DNA of 64,000 nucleotides from an uncultured Gammaproteobacteria bacterium (GTDB lineage Bacteria; Patescibacteriota; Patescibacteriia; Magasanikbacterales; GWA2-37-8): NCBI GenBank assembly GCA_964407865.1, contig CAYOXC010000001.1, positions 109,642 to 173,641 of the forward strand, read 5' to 3'. Shown piece by piece: positions 54,816 to 64,000 of this stretch (position 1 is its first letter; each line of letters starts with the position of its first letter). The notes under the pieces were generated by a model. It saw only the letters and a program-made list of their open reading frames with translations, ran no database searches and was not told where the DNA came from. The position numbers and the translations under genes were made by a program.

Positions 54816-56681
54816 TTAGGCAATTGATAATAGATTATTTGGATTTGGGTCGATTTTCCAGTCATCTGGTATGGTATTTGCGATCATTTTCAGTCTTTGT
54901 TTATAGTTTTTATAGTTTAATTTAATGATAATAATTCTGTGAATTTTACCTCGCATTGTTTCCGGTGATGCTAAAAAAGGACCGTTAATCTTAACATCAC
55001 CTAGCGTTTGTGTCAAGGTTTGAAGGCTTTTAAATAAGCGGTTAGATTCACGGTCAGCAGAGACTTTTGAGCCGGCATAAATTAACCTAACTAAATATTG
55101 ATGAGGCGGATAACTAAATACTTGTCTTTCGGTTAGCTCTGTTTCATAAAAAATTGCAGGGTTATAGAGGCCTTGAAAAACATGGTGTTCTGGATGTGAC
55201 GTTTGAATATATAGTTGGGATTGTTCTGGTAGTTTAAGCTGTGATTGTCGTAAATTTTGCCAAAGAAACTCAGTTGCCCGGTATTCTGGTATGGCCAGCG
55301 TTGAATCAGGGTCTGCAAAAACCATGACTTCTAAGCGAGGCCACAAAAGATTATACCAAGCATATTTTGTTCCAACAATAATCTTACTGCCTGGAAATTT
55401 AATTTCCTTTAATGTAGCGGGGTCATTTTTTTCAATTGCAACGATTCTTTTTTTAGGCAGTATTTTTTTTAATTCTTGGGCTATACCTTCTGCCCCGGGG
55501 GACATCATCCTATAGCTAGGCCCTGAGCAAGTCGGGCAGTTTATGCTGAGAGGTTTTGATTCTCCACAAAACAAACATGTCAATTTTTTACCGCTTTCAA
55601 AATAGGTCATTGGCCGACGGCAGATTGAGCAATTAAAAAGGTAGCCGCAGTCACGACACAAAACGGCACTGGATGTTCCTCGGCGATTGACAAATATAAA
55701 TGCATCGCCGGTAGTCGATTGGAGTGATTCGATAACATCTGATGCGATATGACTTGCCTGAGTGCTAGTTCTTTCTTGTACCGCATCGATAAATATAGGA
55801 CTCGGAGTTGAGTGTTTTTCAACTTGTCCAGCGGCATCATAAACGCCTTGTTTGGCAAAATAATATGAATCTACAGAAGGTGCTGTGGACATGAGATATA
55901 GTTTTGCGCCTGAATATTTAGCAAGCATTAATGCTGCGTCTCGCGTATGAAATCTTGGAGCCATGTCCCATGACTTATAATCCGGGTTACCTTCGTCGTC
56001 AATAATTATATTTTTTAAATTAATCCATGGAAGAAAAATAGCTTTACGTGTTCCGATGGCGACTGAATTTTCATCAGATCTCACGTTTAACCACAAATCA
56101 AACATATCTTTTTCTCCCATTTCACCGCTTACAGTAAGGGGTTTTTTAGAGAGAGCTGAGTTTAACAGTTCAAACATTGTTGTGATATTTGATATTTCTG
56201 GTACTAAAACCAATGTTTGTCCGCGTTCTTGAGCAATCTTAGTTATTATTTTATTTCGAGATTCAATATCTTGATAAGATACAAGAATGGGTTTCTGAGG
56301 TTCAAATATTTTATTATCATCACAAACAATGAGTCGATTTTCAATTTTCGCAATCTTATTTTTTTTAAGTGGCAATAGGGCTGATTTTAAAACAAAACCA
56401 ATTGGAGCGCGATAGAATTCGGAAATTTCAATACAAAATTCAATTAGATATGCCGGAATTAAAGGTTCTTTGGTTACAATTGAATGTATATTTTTTAGTT
56501 TATGTTCCTCAATTTCTGATGTATCAGAAATTGTTTTAACAATGCCAAATTCTTTTTTATTGCGAAAGGGAATAATGACAAGCTGTCCAACCAGAAGTTC
56601 ATTTTCAAAATAACCCGGTAAATAATCTAAATACCGGAGGTTTGAAGGCATCCTCCTTAAGGGGATAATTTGAACACGCAT
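54816..56681 (-). CDS. priA: Primosomal protein N' (PriA) homolog that lacks the Walker A P-loop.
   Basis: The PriA zinc-binding region CRDCGYLFNCSICRRPMTY...CLFCGESKPLSINCPTCSG is present. A DExH-like IIIDDEGN is present. No GxxGxGK[TS] occurs anywhere; the aligned position reads ILVSYQDIESRNK. Confidence 0.75.
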   Translation of the reverse strand: MRVQIIPLRRMPSNLRYLDYLPGYFENELLVGQLVIIPFRNKKEFGIVKTISDTSEIEEHKLKNIHSIVTKEPLIPAYLIEFCIEISEFYRAPIGFVLKSALLPLKKNKIAKIENRLIVCDDNKIFEPQKPILVSYQDIESRNKIITKIAQERGQTLVLVPEISNITTMFELLNSALSKKPLTVSGEMGEKDMFDLWLNVRSDENSVAIGTRKAIFLPWINLKNIIIDDEGNPDYKSWDMAPRFHTRDAALMLAKYSGAKLYLMSTAPSVDSYYFAKQGVYDAAGQVEKHSTPSPIFIDAVQERTSTQASHIASDVIESLQSTTGDAFIFVNRRGTSSAVLCRDCGYLFNCSICRRPMTYFESGKKLTCLFCGESKPLSINCPTCSGPSYRMMSPGAEGIAQELKKILPKKRIVAIEKNDPATLKEIKFPGSKIIVGTKYAWYNLLWPRLEVMVFADPDSTLAIPEYRATEFLWQNLRQSQLKLPEQSQLYIQTSHPEHHVFQGLYNPAIFYETELTERQVFSYPPHQYLVRLIYAGSKVSADRESNRLFKSLQTLTQTLGDVKINGPFLASPETMRGKIHRIIIIKLNYKNYKQRLKMIANTIPDDWKIDPNPNNLLSIA

Positions 56682-56684
56682 AAT

Positions 56685-57476
56685 TTACAAAATAAATTGA
56701 GCAGTCATATACCCAACACCAAAAGGCGCTTCGTAGGACAGCTCTCTGTAGTTATAGTGTACTCCTGATAAAACGCCGAGAAGAATGATTATTGATCGTA
56801 AACCGCATTCAGAAGCACCTAATACAAGGTCTTTATTTAGCTGTAAAATTTTGGATACATTATTATTGCTGAGAAGTTCTCTGATTGTATCGTCAAATTC
56901 ACGACCACGCTTATTAAAACCAGCCGGAGAATCATTTGTTAATGCATGTGATAAGTCAGCTGACGCTATCACGGCAACTCGCCGATTTGTTAATTGAATT
57001 TGCTCCTGTATCAATAATCCAAAATCAATATGAGATTTATAATCAAGATCGCAGAACCCTAGTTGAATAATTTTCATTTCTGGCAAATGTCTTGTTAAGA
57101 AAAATAGTGGAATTGACGATCCGTGATCAAGGTTTGGCTCGCTTATCATTGAAGCTGGAAATTTTTTGCGTTTTGTGGTATCGCGAAGCCTGTGGGCCAT
57201 TTCATAGTCGCCATGAAATATAATTTTTGTTGATAAATCGCCGAATTTTTTTAAGTCAGATGTATAATCAGTACAGAAATTAATAGTAAAGACACTAGGA
57301 AAATAACTGCCATGTGGAGATATGACAAAAACAACATCAGGCATTGACGCATAAAGATCCTCCTCAAGTTCATTCATTGCTTCAGTAGTGCGAGAGATTT
57401 TTTTTGTCTCAGCCATACCTATGGTCGGCATAAGCAGGGGAGGGTGCGGTGTTATAGCCGCAAAAACTAAAGGCAT
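56685..57476 (-). CDS. MEMO1/AmmeMemoRadiSam-system-protein-B-like (class III extradiol dioxygenase fold) protein.
   Basis: ITPHPP...VISPHGSY...IASADLSHAL resemble the LigB/MEMO1 family. Confidence 0.55.
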   Translation of the reverse strand: MPLVFAAITPHPPLLMPTIGMAETKKISRTTEAMNELEEDLYASMPDVVFVISPHGSYFPSVFTINFCTDYTSDLKKFGDLSTKIIFHGDYEMAHRLRDTTKRKKFPASMISEPNLDHGSSIPLFFLTRHLPEMKIIQLGFCDLDYKSHIDFGLLIQEQIQLTNRRVAVIASADLSHALTNDSPAGFNKRGREFDDTIRELLSNNNVSKILQLNKDLVLGASECGLRSIIILLGVLSGVHYNYRELSYEAPFGVGYMTAQFIL

Positions 57477-57478
57477 AG

Positions 57479-59731
57479 TTATTGAACAGAAGCTATTGAA
57501 GCAGTTGGGTCGTTGTTAGAAATCCACTCAGCCAAACGGCTTGGTTCGTTGAAACGATTTACATAGTCGGAATTTCCCATGGTAATAACCACATATTGCT
57601 GTTTTGTTTTTTTGGACTCTATCATTAAAGCTAAAACCGAACCGGCTTCGTCTGTATAGCCCGTTTTACCAGCAATTATTTCATAATACTTATTTGCGCT
57701 TGTTAGTAAATTGTTTGTGCTTTTTATGCTGTGTTTAGAAACTTTATTTTTATTTAAAACTTCCGAAAAAGTGTAGTTTGTTTGACTTAGCGCATGGCGA
57801 ATCGTTTCGTTTTCGATGGTTTTAATAAAAATCTTCATCACATCTCTGGGGGTTGATAAATTTTTATTGCTTAACCCGGTAACATCAGCAATACTAGTAT
57901 TTTTAGCGCCCCATTCTTTAAGTCTGGCATTAATTGAGTTAATAAACGAGCTTTCAGTTAGGCCGCAGCCTGTAGCAATCATTCGAGCAGTATTGTTAAC
58001 TGAAGCAACTAGTAAAGAATATAATAAATCCTTATTATTAATTTTTTCTCCAGTTACTAAACTAAGCGGGTTTCCATAAGAGGCATGAGAGGCTGAAGAG
58101 TAAGCGGTGGATTTTGATAAATTAAAATTTTTATTTAAAGCTTCGTATGCTGTCATTAACTTAACGATAGAGGCGATTGGTCGTTTGCTATCAATATTTT
58201 TTCCCGCGATAATTTTTCCGCTGGGATATTCCGCAATTATATAAGCAGGTAGTTTTGATTTGGCCAAATCTTTAACTGCTCCTAATTCATCGCCTAAATA
58301 CGCTGGCTTTGCGGAGGCCAGGGAGTTGTTAACAAATATTGGCTCTCCTTCGGGTATGTTGAAAGCGATCATAAAACCAATTTCAATCAGATTGCTTTTG
58401 CTGTATCCCATAGCTAAAAAGGTTGATTCGTCAGCAATCTTTCTTTTTTTACCCTGATCAATAACATAAAATTTGTTACTGTCTCTGATTTTAATTAATG
58501 TGCCATCAGCAAACTTGATTGGAAGATCAGCGACCGAGTAGTTTTTAAGGTCGGTTTTTACCTTATTTTCAACAGCAAGATGGCTAAAGTTAGCTTTAAC
58601 AATACCGACATCAATAATAGGATAAAGGGTGGAATCTTTAAATAGATACAAAGAATTATCTAAGTCAGTAATTTTCCAAATAACACCTTGCGGAGCAGTA
58701 TTGGAACCAGATATGACTGATCCTTTTGAATAACCAAGTATATCATTCTCGCTCACTTCAATAATTTCTTGAGGATTATATCCAAGTTTTCTAACTACAT
58801 CGGCCGAGGCAAAAGGTCTAATACTATCATAGTCGGTGAGATAATATCCGCTAGGAGCTTTTAATATAGAATAGTTTGGCAGTGAAATAGTTGGTCCGTC
58901 AGGATAATTTACCAAGTCAGCATCTGACATTAATACGGCCAATTTAGGATCTGTTCTGGTTATAAGCGTTGTCATATTTTTAAACGCTCTTTTTTTGCCT
59001 TCCCAGATTAAATAGTAGTTGCCAGATGAAGCGGATTTTACCAAAGTACCATTAGGATAAAACTGAGCAAACCATGAATTCCAAATTTGCCAAAAGTTTT
59101 TATTGCCGTGCATGTGCGGTGTGTAGGTATAAAGAAAAGCTGTTGCCCAATTTTGAGGTATAACCGGCTGATTATCTATGTAAACGTAAGCATCTTTCTT
59201 TTTAATAAACGGCTGAGCCAATCGATTATCATAATACCAGCGCATAATTCCTGCGGCACCGTCTATTTGTTTTCCAAAACCTTTGTATTTTAAAACTTTT
59301 GGGTCGTTTAAATAACAACCATCACAAACAGCAAAACCAGTAGCCCAATCAAGTTGCTTTTGAGTCGGAGTATTATCAGTAATTAAGCTCTGCTCTTTTT
59401 GCAGAGTGACCAGTAAAAATTTCGGGCTAATATTATTACGCAAAGCAGCATCATAGATAATTTCAGCCGCTGTTTTAATTTTTCCTTCGAAATCCTCTCC
59501 GCTATAGCTAGCAAGATGGCTGTCTTTGCTTTCAAGAAATTTTTGAATTTCAACAGTAGTCCAACCACTGCAGTCTTGCAGTTGTTCGTCGGTAATAATA
59601 TTATGGGGGTTAAATTCAGCTTCAGCAAAAACAAAACCTACAGGGAAAAGGAGGCTGATTGCCGTAATTAATGTTATTAAGTATCGCATAAACACAAAAA
59701 TTAAGATTTGTAGATGAAGTAAACCTCTCAA
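57479..59731 (-). CDS. Secreted protein with a C-terminal D-alanyl-D-alanine carboxypeptidase (S11/PBP5-type) domain and a ~450-aa N-terminal domain of unknown function. The likely start is the Met at 59689.
   Basis: Signal peptide, then the C-terminal motifs SIVK (SxxK), SVNN (SxN) and KTGYT (KTG). Confidence 0.7.
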   Translation of the reverse strand: MRGLLHLQILIFVFMRYLITLITAISLLFPVGFVFAEAEFNPHNIITDEQLQDCSGWTTVEIQKFLESKDSHLASYSGEDFEGKIKTAAEIIYDAALRNNISPKFLLVTLQKEQSLITDNTPTQKQLDWATGFAVCDGCYLNDPKVLKYKGFGKQIDGAAGIMRWYYDNRLAQPFIKKKDAYVYIDNQPVIPQNWATAFLYTYTPHMHGNKNFWQIWNSWFAQFYPNGTLVKSASSGNYYLIWEGKKRAFKNMTTLITRTDPKLAVLMSDADLVNYPDGPTISLPNYSILKAPSGYYLTDYDSIRPFASADVVRKLGYNPQEIIEVSENDILGYSKGSVISGSNTAPQGVIWKITDLDNSLYLFKDSTLYPIIDVGIVKANFSHLAVENKVKTDLKNYSVADLPIKFADGTLIKIRDSNKFYVIDQGKKRKIADESTFLAMGYSKSNLIEIGFMIAFNIPEGEPIFVNNSLASAKPAYLGDELGAVKDLAKSKLPAYIIAEYPSGKIIAGKNIDSKRPIASIVKLMTAYEALNKNFNLSKSTAYSSASHASYGNPLSLVTGEKINNKDLLYSLLVASVNNTARMIATGCGLTESSFINSINARLKEWGAKNTSIADVTGLSNKNLSTPRDVMKIFIKTIENETIRHALSQTNYTFSEVLNKNKVSKHSIKSTNNLLTSANKYYEIIAGKTGYTDEAGSVLALMIESKKTKQQYVVITMGNSDYVNRFNEPSRLAEWISNNDPTASIASVQ

Positions 59732-59761
59732 AGAGAATTATACCATTATAATATTATAAAA

Positions 59762-59790
59762 ACAACCCGCTTGAGGCAGGTTGTTTTATA
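59762..59790 (-). terminator. Hairpin terminator immediately after clpB (minus strand).
   Basis: AACAACC-cgcttgaggca-GGTTGTT flanked by A-runs and T-runs. Confidence 0.5.
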
Positions 59791-62433
59791 TTATTTTATG
59801 CTTATTTTGCCTTTATCCACTGTAATTTTTACTTTACTGTTTTCAGTTATTTTTTCCTCAATTATCATGAGTGACAGCTTATCTAGAAGTTCAGTTTGGA
59901 TGACTCGTTTCAGGGGTCTGGCGCCATAATTCGGGTCATAGCCTTCAGTTGCGAGGAATTTTTTAACTGAGTTATCTATTACAAGATAAATCTTTTTTTC
60001 TTTTAAACGCTCAACTACCCTGGCAATTTGAAGATCAACAATACTCTCGATTTGTTTAGTAGTTAAAGAGTGAAAAATGATAATTTCATCAAGACGATTC
60101 AAGAATTCTGGTTTAAAATGTTCATGCATCATTTCCATAATTTTCGTCCTGATCCTTTCGTCTGATTTATCCTTGCCTTTAGTTTTTTCATCACCAAAAC
60201 CAAACCCGGAGTTCTTTCCCATGTTTAAAATTTCTTGACTGCCGATGTTGCTAGTCATGATAATAACGGTATTTTTGAAATTAACCATTCTTCCTTTTGC
60301 GTCAGTAATTCGGCCGTCATCAAGAATTTGAAGTAAAACATTAAAAACATCTGGGTGGGCTTTTTCTATTTCATCGAATAAAATAACAGAATATGGCTTG
60401 CGACGAATAATTTCCGTCAGTTGGCCGCCTTCTTCATAGCCGACATATCCCGGAGGTGAACCCATAATTTTACTAACACTATGTTTTTCCATATACTCCG
60501 ACATGTCAACTCGTATCAAAGAATCTTCAGTATCAAAAAGAAATTCTGATAGGGCTTTAGCCAGTTCTGTTTTTCCAACGCCAGTCGGTCCAAGAAATAT
60601 GAATGAGCCGATCGGATGATTAGGCTCAGCTATTCCTGCGCGAGAACGTCGGATGGCATTAGAAACAGCTTTTACCGCTTCTTCTTGTCCAACAATTCGA
60701 TGTGCCAATTCTTGCTCCATTTGGCTGAATTTTTCAGATTCGGTTTCAAGCATCTTATTAATTGGAATACCTGTCCAACGGGAAACAATTGAAGCAATAT
60801 CTGTATCGCGAATTTCCTCCTTTAAAATGCCTCGATTTTTTTGTAATTCAGTCAATGATTTTTCGTCGTTTTTAATTTCTTTTTCTAAGTTCGGTATTGT
60901 GCCATAGCGTATTTCAGCAACTTTTTGAAGTTCGCCTTTGCGCTCAGCGATTTCAGCTGCTTGCTTTGCCTTGTCTATTTCTTTTTTTCGATCATGAATT
61001 AAAGCGATCATGTCCTTTTCGTTTTTCCATTTAGCTTCAAGGTCTGTGCTTTGCTCTTTTAAATTAGCCAATTCTTTTTGCAGATCCTTTAGTTGTTCTT
61101 TTGCCTCGCTTGTTTTTTCATTTTGTAGAGCCCTTTTTTCAATTTCAAGTTTTGTCATTTTTCTCTTCATTCGATCTAAATCTTCAGGCATTGAATCTAT
61201 TTGAAGGCGTAGCGAAGAAGCCGCTTCATCGATTAAATCAATAGCTTTGTCCGGTAAAAAGCGATCGGTAATATATCGCTCGGATAGTTTTACAGCAGAT
61301 AGAATTGCAGAATCAGTAATTCTTACACCATGATGAACTTCGTATTTTTCTTTAATACCTCGCAGAATTGCAATAGTGTCATCCTCTGATGGTTCGTTAA
61401 CCATGACTGGTTGGAAGCGTCGTTCAAGCGCAGCGTCTTTTTCAATGTGTTTTTGATACTCTTTGATGGTAGTTGCGCCGATTGTGTGCAATTCACCTCG
61501 CGCCAGCATGGGTTTGAGCATATTGGCAGCGTCGATAGCCCCTTCTGACGCACCAGCACCAACAATAGTGTGAAGTTCATCAATAAATAAAATAATTTTT
61601 CCAGCTGCTGCCTCAACTTCCTTTAGCACAGCTTTTAATCGCTCCTCAAATTCGCCACGAAACTTCGCTCCTGCCAAAATTGAACCTATATCAAGAGTGA
61701 TAACCTCTTTATTGCGAAGCGATTCAGGCACGTCTCCGTTTACAATTCTTTGGGCTAGACCCTCAACGACCGCTGTCTTTCCAGTACCCGGCTCACCAAT
61801 AAGCACCGGATTATTTTTTGTTCGGCGTGAGAGTATTTGCATGATACGTCTTATTTCTTCATCTCTACCGATAACAGGATCAATTTTTTCTTTCCGTGCT
61901 AGTTCGGTTAAATTTTTTCCATATTTTTCTAAGGCATTATATTTTGCTTCTGGAGTAGGGGAATCAACCTTTTGCGAACCGCGGATAGTAGAAAGAATTT
62001 TCAGCACTTCGTCGTAGGTAATTTTGAAGTTTCGCGCCAAAATGTCGCTAACCGGGTTCCGAGTAGAAAGAAAGGCTAGAAAAATATGTTCAATACTTAT
62101 GTAATCGTCTCCCATTTTTTTTGATTCAGCCTGTGCAGATTGAAGCAAAAACATTGTTGCTTGGTTCAACATGATTTGGCCCTGCTGTGATAAAGGCGAA
62201 CCGCCAAATTGCTTTGGCAGTTGGTGAACTAACATCTGAGCTTCTTTTAGCATGTCTGGAAGAACTACTTTCATTTTATGCATTACAGAGACAACAATAT
62301 TTTCTTCGTCCTGTAAAAGGGCTAAAAATACATGAGGCGGATCAACTTGAGGCTGGCCATTTTCAGCGGCAATCTGTGAGGCGATTTGAAGCGCCTCTTG
62401 TGATTTTTGTGTGAATTGTTGAGGATTAATCAT
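59791..62433 (-). CDS. clpB: Chaperone ClpB (Hsp100 disaggregase).
   Basis: Two AAA+ modules ([13 protein letters not shown] and [14 protein letters not shown]) with a long coiled-coil middle domain between them; 880 aa. Confidence 0.9.
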   Translation of the reverse strand: MINPQQFTQKSQEALQIASQIAAENGQPQVDPPHVFLALLQDEENIVVSVMHKMKVVLPDMLKEAQMLVHQLPKQFGGSPLSQQGQIMLNQATMFLLQSAQAESKKMGDDYISIEHIFLAFLSTRNPVSDILARNFKITYDEVLKILSTIRGSQKVDSPTPEAKYNALEKYGKNLTELARKEKIDPVIGRDEEIRRIMQILSRRTKNNPVLIGEPGTGKTAVVEGLAQRIVNGDVPESLRNKEVITLDIGSILAGAKFRGEFEERLKAVLKEVEAAAGKIILFIDELHTIVGAGASEGAIDAANMLKPMLARGELHTIGATTIKEYQKHIEKDAALERRFQPVMVNEPSEDDTIAILRGIKEKYEVHHGVRITDSAILSAVKLSERYITDRFLPDKAIDLIDEAASSLRLQIDSMPEDLDRMKRKMTKLEIEKRALQNEKTSEAKEQLKDLQKELANLKEQSTDLEAKWKNEKDMIALIHDRKKEIDKAKQAAEIAERKGELQKVAEIRYGTIPNLEKEIKNDEKSLTELQKNRGILKEEIRDTDIASIVSRWTGIPINKMLETESEKFSQMEQELAHRIVGQEEAVKAVSNAIRRSRAGIAEPNHPIGSFIFLGPTGVGKTELAKALSEFLFDTEDSLIRVDMSEYMEKHSVSKIMGSPPGYVGYEEGGQLTEIIRRKPYSVILFDEIEKAHPDVFNVLLQILDDGRITDAKGRMVNFKNTVIIMTSNIGSQEILNMGKNSGFGFGDEKTKGKDKSDERIRTKIMEMMHEHFKPEFLNRLDEIIIFHSLTTKQIESIVDLQIARVVERLKEKKIYLVIDNSVKKFLATEGYDPNYGARPLKRVIQTELLDKLSLMIIEEKITENSKVKITVDKGKISIK

Positions 62434-62452
62434 AAAAAATTATTATCACTCT

Positions 62453-62479
62453 CAATGTGAGAGTGATAATATAATAACA
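62453..62479. promoter_or_regulatory. CIRCE-like (HrcA operator-type) perfect inverted repeat immediately upstream of clpB.
   Basis: TTATCACTC-N9-GAGTGATAA compared with the CIRCE consensus TTAGCACTC-N9-GAGTGCTAA. It lies 20 nt upstream of the clpB start codon. Confidence 0.55.
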
Positions 62480-62557
62480 TAGAAGGAAAAGTTGTCAAGG
62501 TGTTGATTTATGCAATATTTTTTGCTAAAATATGTAAAAAACTAATGTATATTTTAT

Positions 62558-63244
62558 ATGACCGATGCTTTAAAAATACCCAGACATATTGCTTTTATTA
62601 TGGACGGCAATCGCAGGTGGGCTAAGGAAAGAGGGTTGCCAAAACTAGTCGGACACCAAAAAGGCGCTGAAGCCCTAAAAAAAATTATTAACCACTGCGG
62701 TCAAATTGGTGTTGACGTAGTTACTGTTTATGCTTTTTCCACTGAAAATTGGGATAGACCGAAAGAAGAGGTCGATTATTTAATGGAGCTTATCGTTAAT
62801 TGGATTGGTGATTATTTGCCCGAAATCAAGGAAAAGGGTATTCGTTTTAGGCACATGGGAAACCGCGATCGTTTGCCGGATAAAGTGCTAAAGAGTTTGG
62901 ATGCAGCAATTGAAGAAACAAAGGATAATCACAAGATGGTTTTTAATTTAGCATTAAATTATGGCGGTCGCGACGAACTAACAAGGGCGGTTGAAAAAAT
63001 TGCACGAACAGGCGAGATGATCACAGAAGAAAAAGTTTCCAATAATTTAGATTCCGCGAATTTGCCAGACCCAGATCTTGTTATTCGCACATCAGGCGAG
63101 ATGCGCCTTTCTGGTTTTCTTTTATGGCAGGCAGCATATTCTGAATTGTATTTCACAAAAAAATATTGGCCTGATTTTGATGAGGAAGAATTAGACAAGG
63201 CGATTGAAGAGTATAATAGCAGGCAGCGTAGATTTGGAAAATAA
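62558..63244 (+). CDS. uppS: Undecaprenyl-diphosphate synthase.
   Basis: HIAFIMDGNRRWA, and the YAFSTENW motif. Confidence 0.9.
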   Translation: MTDALKIPRHIAFIMDGNRRWAKERGLPKLVGHQKGAEALKKIINHCGQIGVDVVTVYAFSTENWDRPKEEVDYLMELIVNWIGDYLPEIKEKGIRFRHMGNRDRLPDKVLKSLDAAIEETKDNHKMVFNLALNYGGRDELTRAVEKIARTGEMITEEKVSNNLDSANLPDPDLVIRTSGEMRLSGFLLWQAAYSELYFTKKYWPDFDEEELDKAIEEYNSRQRRFGK

Positions 63245-63250
63245 TTTTTT

Positions 63251-63526
63251 ATGAAAGGCAGAATCGAAGCTGTTATTAAAGGTTTGGTGCAGGGTGTCAG
63301 TTTTCGTTACTATTGTTCTCAAGAAGCTAGAAGATTTGGTTTAAGCGGATACACAACAAATTTGCCAGAAGGCAATATTGTTATGGTTGTAGCAGAAGGT
63401 GAGCTTTCGAATTTAAAAAAACTCGTTGAATGGTTAAAGTCCGGACCAGATAATGCCAGGGTAGAGGATATAATAATTGAACAAAAAAAGTATACAGGCG
63501 AATTTAAAAATTTCGAAATAAGATAA
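63251..63526 (+). CDS. acyP: Acylphosphatase.
   Basis: VKGLVQGVSFRYY...GLSGYTTNLPEGNIVMVVAEG. Confidence 0.8.
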   Translation: MKGRIEAVIKGLVQGVSFRYYCSQEARRFGLSGYTTNLPEGNIVMVVAEGELSNLKKLVEWLKSGPDNARVEDIIIEQKKYTGEFKNFEIR

Positions 63527-63530
63527 TTGC

Positions 63531-64000
63531 ATGCATTCAAAAAATGTTTTAGGTGTTAGAGTGGATTTTGTAAGTTTGGATGACGCGTTGCAATTAGCGC
63601 GTAATTTTTTAGCATCTCAAAGACAATTTACTATTTTTACTCCCAATCCAGAAATGGTTGTAAAAGCACAAAAAGATATAAAGTTTAAAGAAATTTTGAA
63701 TAGTTCCGATTTGAGTTTATGTGACGGTTTTGGATTGCATATATTTTCTGGAGCACCTCGCATAACCGGTGTGGATTTTATGCATAAACTTTGTTTTCTA
63801 GCGGCAGAAGAGGGGAGAAGCGTGTATTTATTAGGTTCTGGAAATGACGAAGTGGTAAAACAAGCAGCTGAAAAATTAAAAAAGGAATTTAACAATTTAA
63901 TTATTGCCGGTTATGAAAAGGGACCGATAGTTGATGAGGATAGTATAACTGACCAGTCAGTAGATAAAATTCGCGAGACAAACCCCGATATACTATTTGT
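63531..64000 (+). CDS. WecB/TagA/CpsF-family (GT26) glycosyltransferase, N-terminal part. The gene runs off the window edge and is not in the ORF track.
   Basis: MHSKNVLGVRVDFVSLDDALQ...FTIFTPNPEMVVKAQKD... is a TagA-like start. There is no stop before the window end. Confidence 0.65.
   Translation, partial: MHSKNVLGVRVDFVSLDDALQLARNFLASQRQFTIFTPNPEMVVKAQKDIKFKEILNSSDLSLCDGFGLHIFSGAPRITGVDFMHKLCFLAAEEGRSVYLLGSGNDEVVKQAAEKLKKEFNNLIIAGYEKGPIVDEDSITDQSVDKIRETNPDILF

Noticed and set aside
63617-63895. A 92-aa minus-strand ORF.
   Set aside because: It overlaps the plus-strand TagA/WecB-like partial gene that runs off the window end and has clear family motifs. The minus ORF is spurious.

Overview
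This is an AT-rich, gene-dense chromosomal segment with short intergenic gaps and frequent 4-nt gene overlaps. I found no rRNA, tRNA, CRISPR array, transposase or integrase. The gene content is most consistent with a small-genome Patescibacteria/CPR-like bacterium, but that is an inference, not a database result. The signs are an RpoA without an alpha-CTD, an AlaRS without its C-terminal domain, a PriA without a P-loop, a leaderless-looking promoter at mnmA, and a large number of glycosyltransferases. The gene order, left to right, is as follows. (1) The 3' end of rarA, then queH, tsaE (minus strand) and an SPFH/band-7 protein. (2) A 1124-aa secreted protein carrying a zinc-phospholipase-C-like domain. 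(3) An O-antigen-ligase-like protein fused to TPR repeats, and an excisionase-type HTH gene with a palindromic operator. (4) A ~20-kb glycan-synthesis locus (9.6-29.4 kb). It holds gmd, an fcl-like gene, a ColD-like 3-dehydratase, about nine glycosyltransferases including a GT11 fucosyltransferase, five SAM methyltransferase domains (one fused to a GT2), a radical SAM enzyme, a Wzx flippase, a nucleotide-sugar dehydrogenase and an epimerase. (5) rpmA and rplU, which are separated and on opposite strands. (6) recR, ybaB and dnaB (minus strand), then a CDP-alcohol phosphatidyltransferase, HIT, a soluble VirD4/TraG-like ATPase, a duplicated zinc-ribbon protein, mnmA, alaS, gtrA and infA. (7) A ribosomal block rpmJ-rpsM-rpsK-rpsD-rpoA-rplQ-rplM-rpsI. 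(8) A second small glycan cluster, then fmt, def and priA (minus strand), a Memo-like protein, a DD-carboxypeptidase, clpB preceded by a CIRCE-like palindrome, uppS, acyP and a partial tagA-like gene. The main hunt result is a family of conserved non-coding elements. One is a ~30-nt motif that contains the start codon of three unrelated genes. Two of the three copies pair with an inverted copy ~150 nt upstream, giving ~210-bp units with terminal inverted repeats. Other repeated elements are TACTAATTAC-type motifs abutting start codons, a 44-bp AT-rich repeat family at gene boundaries, and heptamer arrays.
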